Assembly: GCF_018350175.1 (NCBI RefSeq)
Contig: NC_058368.1
Span: 42,720,001 to 42,784,000 of the forward strand
DNA length: 64,000 nt
Source: Felis catus
Taxonomy: Eukaryota
Reading direction: 5' to 3'
The notes below the pieces were generated by a model. That model had not been told where the DNA came from. It did not search any database and was given only the letters and a program-made list of their open reading frames with translations. The translations under genes and the position numbers were made by a program. Shown here one piece after another: positions 24,131-37,570 of the stretch. The stretch's first letter is position 1. Every line of letters starts with the position of its first letter.

Positions 24131-27100
24131 GCCAGTAGAGTACCTCTCTCCAAAAGACACTGGGATTCCAAAGGATATTTCTACCATTTTTTCTCTTTCC
24201 CCAGTTTCTTCCTCTTCTTTCTTTTAATCCACCTATCTATTCCTTTCTCTTAAATTAACATTCCATATTTCTTTCTTTTATTTTTGTTTTATTTTTAATT
24301 ATTCTATTATCACAGAGAATAAAATAAGAGCTCGAATTTGCCTATGCCCTCCGCAGAGAGGTCAATATTATTTCCAACAAAGGTGGGCAGGGAAGGATTG
24401 CAATATCTAGAACTTACGGTAGACATTTTGTTCATGCTGTCCTGAAAGTACCCCTTAGCAATGCTGCGTCGGTAGGTATCTGCTCTATTTACTCCTTGCC
24501 ATTCTTGCCCCTAGATAATAATTTTAAAATCCACTAATGTAATTTGTACTCTCTTTCCATTGATTATGCAATGTTCTGAGGCTGCTTTAGCGTACTGAAA
24601 TAGCAGCAATAATTACTATTTATTGAACCGCCATTGGGTACATGCCTAGCACCACGTAGTAGACCACTGTGTGAATCTTTAACAATTCTGCTACTGTGGA
24701 CTTCCATGGAAAATAGATAGCCAAATAGCACTTTTACATTAGGTGGAAAACCATCTTTTCAGGCATGTGGTCCAAATTTAATTCTAATTTACAATTTTTC
24801 TGTGCTGATTGGATTCACAATGATTTATTCTTCCTTCTCTATCTCCCTTTATCACTTGGTTCTAAAAAATCCTAGGTAACTATAATTGCCAAATGAAAAA
24901 CAGTTGCAATTTCTCTTGGCATAATTATGTAACTAGGATGAAATAACACCAATGTTAATGCACGACACTTGCGTCTTGACTGTGGCACTGTTCAATGTTT
25001 ATCTGAACCTCCTTTTCAGAGTCTATTCAGAAAGGATACATAGAGCTTGTATTGTAGAAAACCCGTTTTACACACAGAGGAAGGGGAATCTTGCAGACAC
25101 ACTGAATGCTAAAAAACACAAGAATCGTATTATTCTACTGCTTTCTGCCATTGGATTTTTGGTTAACTTCATTCCTTTCAACTTCTGCTGTTCTAAAATC
25201 AATTATTAAAATGCAAACCTTAGTTGGAAGGTGTGAGAAAGGGGTACTGAGCGGATAAGCCAGTGGCATAAGTGATACACACCGTGATTTTATAATTACG
25301 ACTCCTTAGCTCTAATATTTCTGGATGTGAATAATGATCATCCATATTTTCCCATCAAAGAAATTGGGATATAAATAATTAAGTTAATCTTGGCAAGGAT
25401 TTGTGTTAATTTGAGTATTTGAGTGTTATAAATGAATAAATAAATAACAATGAAACAACCAGGAACTTGAAGAGGAGAATTTTATAAGAATTAAAATGAT
25501 GCAGTGCTTTTATTTGTCCTTTTCTTTTAAGGAATTAACATCACAATGCGTTGTTGCAAATGCAAAAATCACGCATTTCCAGAACACTGGATTGAAGAGA
25601 TCCTTTTGATCTTCATCCATTCATTTTTACTGAATAGCATTGAGTTGATTTGCTGATTTCGCAGTGAAATATCACACAAAGTACCCTAGCACATGACGGT
25701 ACAGCGCAATAATCTTGGTGCATTCTCCTGTTGATTTTACAATTGTTAATTTAAGTGCTATGTTAGATAAAATACAAAGGTCTTCTGGCAGGGGAGTAAT
25801 TTAACCAATTCTCTCTAAAGATATTGATTAACTTTTTATATAAAGCAGAAGGCATTATAACATGCTTGAGTATTTCTTTTAGAGATACATAGCCAATTAA
25901 GTAGAACTTATTTTTATAACTCTACGGGCTTTAATAACTGTATAAATATTTAAATATGCAAACCTATTCACCTGCCCAGCATGCATGCTACCCTTTCTGC
26001 CACAAGCATCTTCCTTTTCCAAACAGTTTACACATTTTTTTCTGTTTAAGCTGTATCTCTTATCCATGATGCAAATAGATGAAAATCTCACTTGAGCTTC
26101 TTTGGAACATAAGGAAAAAAGGCATATTCAAATGGTGTGTGTGAAGATATTGTTAAATAATTACATCTTGTGCTCTATTATTTGTATTTTTAGGATTTTG
26201 ATAAAAATATTTCTGACTACAGATAGGATTTTTTAAAAGACTTACTAACCCATTAACATTATTCAATTGAAATAATTAGATAAATCAAATATGAAATTAT
26301 AATCAAATATAGTATACTACTCCATCTATCTATTACAATACTGAAAATAAGACTAATCATAATTCTATTACATATCTGTATTATAGACAAGTTTGTAGTC
26401 CTAATGTGTATAAGTCTCTTCAAGGAGGTACTTCATAATATGGCTTCCATCTGGATGAGGAGAGATATTATATTAATCCAGGGAAATATTTATATTTTTC
26501 ATTAACTCGAATCAGCTGCTGGGTTAAATAAAAATGTATTACTGTGGTCTGCTAATATTTTAATCTATACGTTTTTAGAAACACTACGTATCTGAGCATG
26601 TGCTCAAGGCATAGAGATACACATAATGAAAATGTATCATATCCTGATATACATAAGTATTGTTATGGTACTTTTATTTAGCAAGTACTACTAGCCTGCA
26701 CACCAGGGATCAAACTTTTAACTCTTTTAGTGGAGATTCGTCAGGAATAGTCATAAATAACAATATCCTGAGAGGTATTAAAAGATTGATGTTTCTAAAA
26801 GTTAAAAATTTTAGAGAGTTTCTAAAATAGTTATTTCTGAAAGACAACAAAAATCTTAGAGAACTAGTCAATGCATAATAAACACAAAGAGGATAAGCTA
26901 TTGGATTTTTACACATAATAGGCTATGTAGAAATTTCTGTATGGTTGTCAATAGGATTATCACCGAAAAGTGTTCTCAGGGGCTGCAGACATAAGTCATG
27001 TGCTACACACCGGAACAACCGGAAACAGAGAAAAAGTTGGTTGTGAACCACATTTTGGGGAGCACTTGGGATCAAAAGCCTGAAAGCAATATTTATATTT

Positions 27101-27579
27101 GCAACCCAAATATATGGGGGTTTCATTGGGCATCATTCTTTCTCCCATTATAAAACGTTAACATTTGATCATGTGCAATGGAAAACAAATATGACTCCCA
27201 GAGTATTGAAGATATTCAGCTAAAGTTTTTGCATAGATGAAAATTTGGATCACATTATATATAACTCAACAATCTCTTTAACATCTTGCACTTTCACCAA
27301 ATTCTCCACCCTAATAGCTGATATACACATATCTTACAATCAAAATCTTCTGCTCAACATCTCCATTGACATGGATTCAACTTGCCTCTCAAATACTTCC
27401 TTTTTAAAACTGTCCAGAATCTTATGCCATTTAGCAAGACAAAGCTATTTAGGTATCACTGAGAAAAAGGAAAACCTTGTTATTAGCCAAAGTCCAACCA
27501 ACAATTGCTTCTTCATAATAACCCTGAAGACTTTCATTTTACTGTAGTACACACAGTTTAGGTCAAACAGTATGTAAAC

Positions 27580-28061
27580 TGTGTGGGGGTAAGTAGAATA
27601 CTTGTCCCCCAGGGATGTCAAAATCCTAATCCTCAGAACCTGTTTTGGCAAAAAAGGAATTAAAGTTGCTAAATAGCAATAATAATCCGATAATCCTGGG
27701 TTTCCCAGGTAGGCTCCATGTAATCACAAAGGTTTTTACATGATAGAGAGGTAGGCAGGAGAGTCAGAAACAGAGAGATGTTATCATGAGAAAGACTAGA
27801 CAGATGATTATTGGCTTTGATGATGGAATGGGACCCTGAGTTAATATCACTCAATTAGGAAGCATCTAGAAGCTGACAAAGGCAAGGAAGCAGATTCTCC
27901 CCTGGAGCTTCCCAAAGGAGAGCAGCCCTGTCAACAGCTTTCTGTTAGCTCACTCAGTGAGAACCATTTTGATCTCCAGAATTGTAAGATAATAAACATG
28001 TGTTGTTTCAATCCACTAAGTTTATGCTGAATAGTTATAACAGCAGTAAGAAACTAGTATA
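27580..28061 (+). mobile_element. MaLR solo LTR (MLT1D-like)
   Basis: gtccccca..gatgtc...atcctaatcc, ctagaagctg..aaaggcaaggaa..agattctcccctggagc, ctccagaattgtaagataataaa, acagcagtaagaaacta terminus. Confidence 0.85.
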
Positions 28062-28899
28062 ATATATTTCTTAGGTAGTTGTAGAAATTTTGATTTTGAA
28101 AACATTTCTTCCAGTCTTTTCTGGGAATCAGTTGAACGTGTCCATACAAACTATGGTCAAATCCTTGGGACTAAGTGCTTCTGCCATCTTCCTTTACTGC
28201 TATATATGCTGCTCTCTTTCTGGTGTCCACTAATGTGTCTCCCTTGTTAAATATCTTCTTAATTTATTAGATACCATCTTGTAGGTCCTCAAAGCTACAC
28301 TCAGACCTAGAGAGAATGTTATTTGCTCTCAAGCATAACACTTATTTAGATTTTTCCCAAATTGTTGTTATTTAGGCCTTACACTACTCATTTAGAATAA
28401 TAGCATTACTTTAGGGCACACTTGTGACTTCATGGAATTAAAAAATTTAAGTGACAAACATCATTCTAGAAGCAGAATTTGGAAAACCATTTTCAAAAAA
28501 AGAAGTTTTCAGTATCCAATATTCCTTTTGTTTTAGAATGGAATATTTTTGAGCAGACTTCTGATAGGTCCACCTTACAAATGTCTCCAAGTTCCCAGAT
28601 ATATCTGCACTCCATAAAGAGAGAGAGCTCAACTGGGACTTCCTGCTGCAAACATTCCTCACCCCACCACAGAAAAAAATCCATATCCGTTTAAAAATAT
28701 GCTCTACATTTCTCGTACTGTTTCAATGAACAGCCAATTAAAATTTATGTGCACAATCACCAAAAGTTTGACATAAACAATTTTTATGTTTACAATAATT
28801 CTTTTATCTAAATGTGTCATAATTTATGCTGACATTCGGTTCATTTAATTTATATTTCCTATTATTTATAATTTTTATTTTGGTTATCAAACCAGAAAT

Positions 28900-29520
28900 A
28901 AATGTATTTTTTCCAAAGTATTTATTACCATTTAGAAGCATATGACCCTACATATGGATTTAAGTAAGGGGAAATGAACATTTTTAAGGCTCTTGATAGA
29001 TTTTTCCAGATGGCTTTTTAAAAAGTTTTTGAATCAGTTTGGTCTTAATTATCAATGTTTGAGATGTCTTATCTTACCACACACTAGCCAGTAATGAAGT
29101 AGTCTAATTAATTTGATAAGCAAAATGTTACCTTATTCCTGCTTCAGATTGAATTTATTTGGTTACTGGTAATTTGAAGCATTTTAATATACTTTTAGTT
29201 TTAGTATTTGATCTTCTATTAAATTTCTCTTTGAGCTTTTTGCCTATTTTTCTATTGGAAAGATTTTCCCCCTTACTCACTTATGTTGAATTTTTATACA
29301 GTAATATAATTTTAACCACATGTTATATTTGTTCTTAGTGTTTTTCCTGATTTGATAAGTATCTTCAATGTATTTATTCTTTTGAGGTACATGTTTCTTT
29401 TTACTCTTTGTAGTTACATTTATATTTTTTTCTTTGAAATTTACATACTTTCTTTTATGTTTAGAAAACATCTTTCTAAATAGAGATAATATGGATATTC
29501 AGTGTCATTTGTTCTATGTT
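28900..29520 (-). mobile_element. Ancient L1 (L1MC/ME-type) remnant
   Basis: aacatttttaaggctcttgata, ccacacactagccag, tttgcctatttttctattgg. Confidence 0.5.
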
Positions 29521-29559
29521 TTTTAATGAAGTTCTCTTCTACACAGCCTTCTTGAAATC

Positions 29560-30368
29560 TCATTCTTGCCTTCTGCGGCATAATCAGTTTTGGATTTTAT
29601 TCTTATTCTCAAGTGCTTTTCTAAGCTGTTTCAAGATTTCTCCTCCTCATTCTGTTCCTAAACGTTCTGCTGAAATTCCTTGGGGTTCTATCTTTGAACT
29701 ATCCTTATTTCACCTCTTTCAGATGAGTGATCTCATTTACAATCACGTATTCATTTATTACTTACACAAAGATTTTCTCAGATATGTGTTTTCTACCCAA
29801 ATATCTATCCTATGTTTTAAAACTGTGTATTTTATTGCATGATGTGCACCTTACTTTGGAAGTTTCTAATCAAAGTCCTCATGTCCAAGATCCAGTCTCT
29901 TCTCTTTTCTTGATCAAGAATGCTGACACTTTATTCCTTTTCTTAAACTGATATGGAAAAATACTTCTAGAACCAATCTTTTTCTACTTGCATAGCCTCA
30001 ACTCTTACCTAGGTTGAAGGGATTTAGAATTCCTTAAACACACTGGACTATTTCCCTTGGTTGCACTCATCTTTCTAAATGGAACCCTTTTATTCTCATG
30101 ACACTCCCCAAGCTTCAGCCCAGGCTGGCTGATGTTCCTCATCTGCATGCCTATAAGGCCATGCACAGGTTTTTTCTTCCTTTCTTAGCATGTGTCCAAC
30201 GTTATTGATTTCTATTTTCGCTCATGTCTCTAACACCTAGCACAAGGAATGTTTCTCAAAAAGAAGAATTATCTCATTTTTCCTTTATTTCCCTGTGCTC
30301 AACCATGTGATGAGAACTGAGTGATAGAGGCAATGAATAAGTATTTGTTGAATTAAGTGAAATTGAAA
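29560..30368 (+). mobile_element. L2 remnant
   Basis: Pyrimidine-rich body ending aataagtatttgttgaattaagtgaa (L2 3' end). Confidence 0.5.
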
Positions 30369-31029
30369 ATGTACAGAGACCGATTAATACAATTACCATA
30401 CTTTTCCTAGCAAGGCTAGAATTAAATAAAGGAGATAACAGATTTACTCAGGTCTGGCCATTAGTAAATGTGCATGAAAGATTCCCAGAGGGTGATATCT
30501 GTTGGTTTGAACATGTTATGGATTGGGTTGTGTAAAATAGAAAATTATTTTAGAATTATGTTGGAAATTTGTGATAGTGGCTGGGGAGAAGGAAAGAACT
30601 AATATCAGAATAGGGATAAAGAATAAAGGACATTATGAGTTAACATGGGAGTAATATCCATGTTATACGCTGGTGTATACTGAGAGGGGAAAAAAATCTG
30701 AATTTTTCATCCGATCACAATGTGAAATCTTGGAAATTTCAAGTGATAATAATGTATTTATAACTGCTTTTCTAAATGAGATAGCATTACCAAAGTTAAA
30801 AGTGCATAATAAATACTCCTTAAGCATCATTTATTAAGATTCATATTTTAATTAGACATTTTGTAGCAAATTGAACTTCAAACATGTTGCCTTTGAAACC
30901 AAATTTGAATTGTAAGAAGTATTTTTTTCTAGTTCCTGTATTCTCAGTAACAGACTTTCCTAGGTATTCTTGTTTGGCAGCTCCTTGGAAATGCCAGAAT
31001 GGACTTTCGGTAGTATATGTAGACCTCTT

Positions 31030-31251
31030 TTTTTTTTAATTTTTTTTTCAACGTTTATTTATTTTTGGGACAGAGAGAGACAGAGCATGAACGGGGGAGG
31101 GGCAGAGAGAGAGGGAGACACAGAATCGGAAACAGGCTCCAGGCTCCGAGCCATCAGCCCAGAGCCTGACGCGGGGCTCGAACTCACGGACCGCGAGATC
31201 GTGACCTGGCTGAAGTCGGACGCTTAACCGACTGCGCCACCCAGGCGCCCC
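31030..31251 (-). mobile_element. Very young felid Can-SINE (SINEC_Fc-like)
   Basis: CpG-intact; perfect TSD tatgtagacctctt at 31016-31029 and 31252-31265. Confidence 0.97.
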
Positions 31252-32946
31252 TATGTAGACCTCTTAATGATGAAAAAATCCTAGACTAGGTGTTACAAAG
31301 TAGAGAGAGTGATCTTGGTAAGTTCTTTGTACCTCTCTCTTTGATGTAGCATTTTAATTCCTATGTGGGATCATAGAATACTTTTATTGTTGAACAAAGA
31401 GGAATGGAGACAGTCTATTTGCTAAGACAGATAGGAAGAAGGTCTGGGGTCAAGGGTTACCTCTGGCCTAAGAAGAGTAATATATAAAGGTACAGATAAG
31501 TATGTGCTGATAGGTGTTGAGTTTGTCTATAAAAATGACATTGTGAAAATTATTTCCAATGATTTTAGTCTTACCAGAGAATAGGCAAAATTATCTACTT
31601 AGTGAGTCAAGCAGGAATAATACTGAAAACAGGAGGAATTCTGAAAACATGAAAAGAACTGCTATAAAGAAGCCTCAAATGAGCCCCAAAATAATGAAAA
31701 CATTTAATGAGGAAAAATAAAGGACCAGTTATAGTTTGATAGCAAAGATTATATGTGACCCATTCATCAGAGTTTTATGACTTTTGTCCATCAGGAGTTT
31801 CAAACCAGAAACAAATTGGAGAGAATAAGATTGAATTGTTGACCAAAAGTTGCATATAGTTTTGCAAGTAGTGAAGAAAGTCAAGGGAGAGACGATTCAG
31901 GGTGAGTTGGATAATAATGAGCAAACTTGGGAATAACTACACATCTAAGACGCAGAGTGGTATTCATGAATCACTATAGGTCAAGTGGAATTATGGGTCA
32001 ATAGTAGTTATTTTTGTTCTACTGGGATTTACTCTAGCAAAGTCCACATGACTTAGAATATGTATTGCTTCCTAGGATTTTTTAGCTATTCAGCTATAGC
32101 TACTGCCTGCTAATTCTTAACTATATTCTTGCCCAAACAATTCAGGCTTTGCAGGACTGAAAAAAGATATTGTATGTGTAAATATTATGAATTGGAATCC
32201 TAGGTATGGTTTAAGCAAGTATAAGCAGAAATAGTAAACTTGGAGTTGTGCTAGGAAATGATTAAAAATGGGACTGAATTGATTCATGTAGGTTGGAGGG
32301 TGAGTGTGCAGAAGCCCTGAGTCCTACAGGATGGATTTAGAACTGGAGCCTATGGATAGCAAACTTTCAAATCATCGACTTTTTTTTTTTCCAATTGTGC
32401 TTGGTGTTAAAGAAAGAATCACAAGCACATAGGCATTACATAATATGGGACAGGTGTCAATAGAAAGAATTTAACTCTGCATAAAATTGATCCAGTTAAG
32501 CACTGGGAGTGGGTGGATCCCTGTTAGATCTGTTGCAGAAGTAGTCTTCCTGAAGTTGTAAATTAGAATAGCATATGAGGTTACCCATTATTAATATGAA
32601 ATAATGGAATAATATGCCAAACATATTAATTGAGAACTTTGGGGAATGTTTACATTCTTCCTCAGTGTGGTCTTGTTTACTACAGAAAATAGGCAACAAA
32701 GAAAAATTCTGTTCAGTGACCTCTTGGGTGATCTAAGCAAGAAATAGAAATTGCATTATTTAGCAGCATGTGTATGCTGTTTCCAGAGTCCTTTGACTGT
32801 TCATAAACTCGCTAACTGTATATTTGACCACATTACAACTGTGTATCTAAGTTGCAACTTTTCTGCATGATATGGACATTAAGCCTTAGAATCAAAAGCT
32901 TTTCATTTACAGTTTTTGCAATGAAATGCAAGTCTTCAGAGTATAT

Positions 32947-33156
32947 ATATTTTTTATTTTTTTAATGTTTATTTATTTTTGAGACAGACTGTGAGTGGGG
33001 GAGGGGCAGAGAGAGAAGGAGGCATAGAATCTGAAGCAGGCTACAGGCTCTGAGTTGTCAGTGCAGAACCTGATGCGGGGCTTGAACTCACGAACCGTGC
33101 GATCATAACCTGAGCTGAAGTCAGATGCTTAACCAACTGAGCCACTCGGGTGCCCC
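32947..33156 (-). mobile_element. Can-SINE
   Basis: TSD cagagtatat at 32937-32946 and 33157-33166. Confidence 0.92.
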
Positions 33157-34009
33157 CAGAGTATATTTAAGGGCTATTGCTAACTTTTTAAAAGAGTTAC
33201 TATCTTTTGAAATGCTTATGTATGTATAACCATTTAATCCTATATATTTGTTCTCAAACTGCTTGTGTGAACACAGTTGTACACAGTTTAATAAAATGCA
33301 TACTTGCTTCTTGAGAAGTAGACTCAAATATATTAAATAATATAATATTAAGTAATTATTATAAATCCTGTAAGGCATTTGTATAATAGAGCAGAAAAAA
33401 GAACTTTTATGCCTGACAATCAGAAGTATTTTGCTTTTCCAAGGTATGTAGCCTGTTGGGTAAAATATTTAAAGTAACATTGTCCCGTCCCATTAAATCT
33501 TAAAATAAAAGATTAAGACATATTTGTAAACTAATGATACATAGCAATTCATGTTCTTTTTGTTGCTTTTATTCTTCCTTCCTTTCTTTTGAGTCAAAAA
33601 CATTTACTTTTTTAAAAATGTGACTACAGTTAGTCTACCTTCGGGTATAATTTAAAGACAAGAAAGACTTCAATTTTCCCTTCTCTCCTCCTCCTCCTTT
33701 CCCTTCTTCTCTTTCGCCTTCTCCTTCTTCTTCTTCCACTTCTTTTTATTCCAGCAATAATGAGGGTTATGCAGACACTTATAAGAGTTAATGACGGTGG
33801 TTTCATTTTTAAAGTGAACAATTCTTGCCATGTTTTTGAAGGTAATTTAAAGTTGATCGTATTGTCCATTTTATTCTCTCATTATGTTTGAAGAAAACTC
33901 TTTGTGGGAGTGGCCCTTTATGATGCTCTGTGTGTTCACCAGGATGAGAGATTATGGTCATCTCCCACTGTTACAAAAACAAGGCTACAACAAATGTGAA
34001 TTGCATACC

Positions 34010-34324
34010 CAGCTGAACCTTGAACAACCTGAGTTTGAACTGTGCTTATACGTGGAATTTTTGATAAATACAGTATTGTACTCTAAATGTATTTTCTCTC
34101 TCCCTTATGATTTTCTTATAACACTTTCTCTTCTCTAGCTTAAGAATAGAGTATATAATACAAATACAGAATATGTATATTCCACTGTTTATGTTATGGG
34201 TAAGACTTCTGGTCAACAGTAATCTATTAGTAGTTAAGTTTTCTGGGAGTCAAAAGTCATCCACAGACTTTCAGCTACACGAGAGGGTCAGTGTCCCTAA
34301 CCCTCGCACTGTTCAAGGTTAAGT
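34010..34324 (+). mobile_element. Tigger2a/MER28-like TcMar MITE
   Basis: TIRs cagctgaaccttgaaca ... tgttcaaggttaagt; internal ggtcaacagta.tctattagtagttaagttt..ggggagtcaaaagt. Confidence 0.85.
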
Positions 34325-34439
34325 ATAATTTTCTTATTCTTACAATTTGCATTTATACTTACATGAACAGAGATACATAAATGCAGGTGCAGCTCATACT
34401 GCTTTACAGGCTTATGAAGTCTTATATCACTATGATTTT

Positions 34440-36200
34440 TTAAAATTTAGATTCAAGTTAGTTAACATATAGTGTAGTATTGGTTTCATGAGTAGAATTT
34501 AGTGATTCATCACTTACATATAACACCCAGTGCTCATCCCAACAAGTGCCCTCCTTAATGCCCATCACCCATTTAGCCCATCCCCTCACCTACCTCCCTC
34601 CATCAACCCCCAGTTTGCTCTCTATATTTAAGAGTCTCTTATGGTTTGCCTCCTTCTCTGTTTTTATCCTATTTTATTTTTTCCTTCCCTTCCCCTATGT
34701 TCATCTGTAGTGTTTCTTAAATTCCACATATGAGTGAAATCATGATACTTGTCTTTCTCTAACTGCTTATTTTGCTTAGCATAACACACTCTAGTTCCAT
34801 AAATGTTGTTGCAAACGGCAAGATTTCATTATTTTTTGATCACTGAGTAATATTAATATATATACATACATATATCTCACCTCTTTATCCATTCTTCAGT
34901 TGATGACCAATTAGGCTCTTTCCATAACTTGGCTATTGTTGATGGCACTGTTATAAACATTGGGGTGCATGTGCCACTTCAAAATTGCACTCCTGTATCT
35001 TTTGGATAAATATATAGTAGTGAAATTGCTGGGTCGTAGGGTAGTTCTATTTTTAATTTCTTGAGGAAACTCCATACTGTTTTCCAGAATGGCTGCACCA
35101 GTTTGCATTCCCACCAACAGTGCAAAAGGATTCCTCTTTCACCACATCCTTGCCAACCTCTGTTGTTTCCTGAGTTGTTAATCCTAGCCTTTCTGACAGG
35201 TGTGAGGTGGCATCTCATGGTGTTTTGATTTATATTTCCCTGATGACGGGTGATGTTAAGCATCTTTACATGTGTCTATTGGCCATCTTGATGTCTTTCT
35301 TGGAAAAGTGTCTATTCATGTCTTCTGCCCATTTCTTCACTGGATTATTTGTTTTTGGGTGTTGAATTTGATAAATTCTTTATAGATATTGGATACTAAC
35401 CCTTTATCCAATATGTCATTTATTAATATCACCTCCCATTCTGTCAGTTACCTTCTAGTTTTATTGATTGTTTCTTTTGCTGGGCAGAAGTTTTTTATTT
35501 TGATGAGGTCCCAGTAGTTCAGTTTTACTTTTGTGTACCTTGCCTCCAGAGACATGTCTAGTAAGAAGCTGCTGAGGCTGAGATTAGAGGTTGCCACTTG
35601 TGTTCTCCTCTAGGATTTTGATGGTTTCCTGTCTTACATTTAGGTCTTTCATCGATTTTGAGTTTAACTTTGTGTTATGGTGTAAGAGGGTGATACATGT
35701 TCACTTTGCATGTTGGTGCCCAGTTTTCCCAACACCATTTGCTGAGGAGATTGTCTTTTTTCCATTGGAAATTCTTTCCTGTTTGTCAAAGATTAGTTGG
35801 ACATACATTTGTGGGTCCATTTCTGGGTTCTCTAGTCTGTTCCATTGATCCATGTGTCTGTTCTTGTGCCAGTACCATACTGTCTTGATGAGTGCAGATG
35901 TGTAATACAGCTTGAAGTCTGGGATTGTGATGCCTCCAGCTTTGATTTTCTTTTTCAAGACTGCTTTGGCTATTCAGCATCTTTTCTGGTTCCGTACAAA
36001 TTTTAGAATTGTTTGTTTTAGCTCTGTGAATAATGCTGGTGTCATTTTGATAAGGATTGCATTAAATGTGTAGATTGCTTTGGGTAGCATAGACATTTTA
36101 ACAATATTTTTTCTTCTAATCCATGAGCATGGAATGTTCTTCCATTTCTTTGTGTCCTCTTCAATTTCTTTCATAAGCATTCTATAGTTTTCAGGGTACA
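34440..36200 (-). mobile_element. 5'-truncated carnivore L1 (ORF2 3' third plus 3' UTR, disrupted)
   Basis: ORF2 fragments in ORFs 34979-35263 (LLHCWWEC), 35701-35958 and 35974-36252; TSD atcactatgatttt at 34426-34439 with a diverged copy near 36203-36216. Confidence 0.93.
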
Positions 36201-36216
36201 AAATGACTAAGCTTTT

Positions 36217-36327
36217 AAATATATATATATATATACACACATATATACACACACATATATATGTGTATATATGTGTATATATGTGTATATATATATATTT
36301 TATTTAAATTAGTTAATTTATTTTGAG

Positions 36328-36378
<51 letters not shown>

Positions 36379-36543
36379 AAGGGAAGAGAGCAGAAAGAGA
36401 GAGGGAGAGAGAGAATCCCAAGCAGGCTCTGTCTCATGAGCACAGAACCTGATGCAAGGCTCGAACTCATGAGCCATGAGATCATAGCCTGAGCCAAAAT
36501 CAAGAGTAGGACACTTAACTGAATGAGCTACCCAGGTATCCCA
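36217..36543 (-). mobile_element. Can-SINE with expanded (CA)(GA) tract and a tail converted to (TA)/(TG) microsatellite
   Basis: Ends gagctacccaggtatcccc; flanked by aaaatgactaagctttt (36200-36216) and aaaatcacagtgatttt (36545-36561). Confidence 0.88.
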
Positions 36544-36561
36544 TAAAATCACAGTGATTTT

Positions 36562-36793
36562 GTTTTATTAAAAAATTTTTTTAACGTGTATTTATTTTTG
36601 AGAGAGACAGAGACAGAGACAGAGAGACAGAGCGTGAGTTGGGAGGGGCAGAGTGAGGGAGACAGAATCTGAAACAGGCTCTAGGCTCTAAGCTGTCAGC
36701 GCAGAGCCCAATGCAGGGCTCGAACTCATGAACTTCAAGATCATGACCTGACCTGAAGTCAGACCCTTCATCGACTGAGCCATCCAGGTGCCC
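36562..36793 (-). mobile_element. Can-SINE
   Basis: Ends gagccatccaggtgcccc; flanked by cacagtgatttt (36550-36561) and cactatgatttt (36794-36805). Confidence 0.9.
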
Positions 36794-37570
36794 CACTATG
36801 ATTTTAAATATAAACTCACTTTACAATGGAAATAGATCTGTCTGAAAGATTAATTGTGACTTGTTTTGGAAAACTGTATTAAGGAAAGTTAAATCTGATA
36901 TATAACCTTTTAAAACAATTTTTAAATTTCTAACACGAAACAAAGTTCTGCATCCTGCATTACACTTCCTATTTTCTTCATATTCTTGATCTTTTCCAAA
37001 AAAAAAGTTAAATACCATTTTATATGTCATTCATTTTACAATACTTTAAACTTTTCCTTGTACAGTTCCAGCTCCCAGAAAACTAAGTCCACCATATTTT
37101 ATTTTCCTCTAATAATCATAAAATATTAACACAAAAGTGATGTTTTCATTTAGATAATTAATTAATTAATTCAAAAAATTGTATGCAATTCACCCAGCCA
37201 AGTGCTTTTAAATTTGCAAAATAGTTGGAACATGTGAGTCAAATAGAGTAACAAGTATGTAATTTGAAACTCAAAAAATGGGTTTTGAATTTAATATGTA
37301 ATAGAATATGGACTTGAAAAAATTATTTTACCGCTTTGAGTCTCAGTTATACATTTCTAAAAATGAGGATAGCAATATTGGTTTGCTATGAATATGACTG
37401 CTTCATCAATCTTATTTGTTCTGAAAATCAAATGAGATACTGCAAGTGAAGTTATCTTGCATTTGATAACGTTTTACAAATATTAATATTATAGTTTTCA
37501 AAAAGTTCATAATGCATTAGATGAGTATATACATTATCACAATAAAAGTTCATTGATAGGGCATGGATTT

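Noticed and set aside
34426..36805. Repeat-spacer arrangement superficially like CRISPR
   Set aside because: Eukaryotic DNA; the repeats are TSDs and the spacers are L1/SINE; no cas genes
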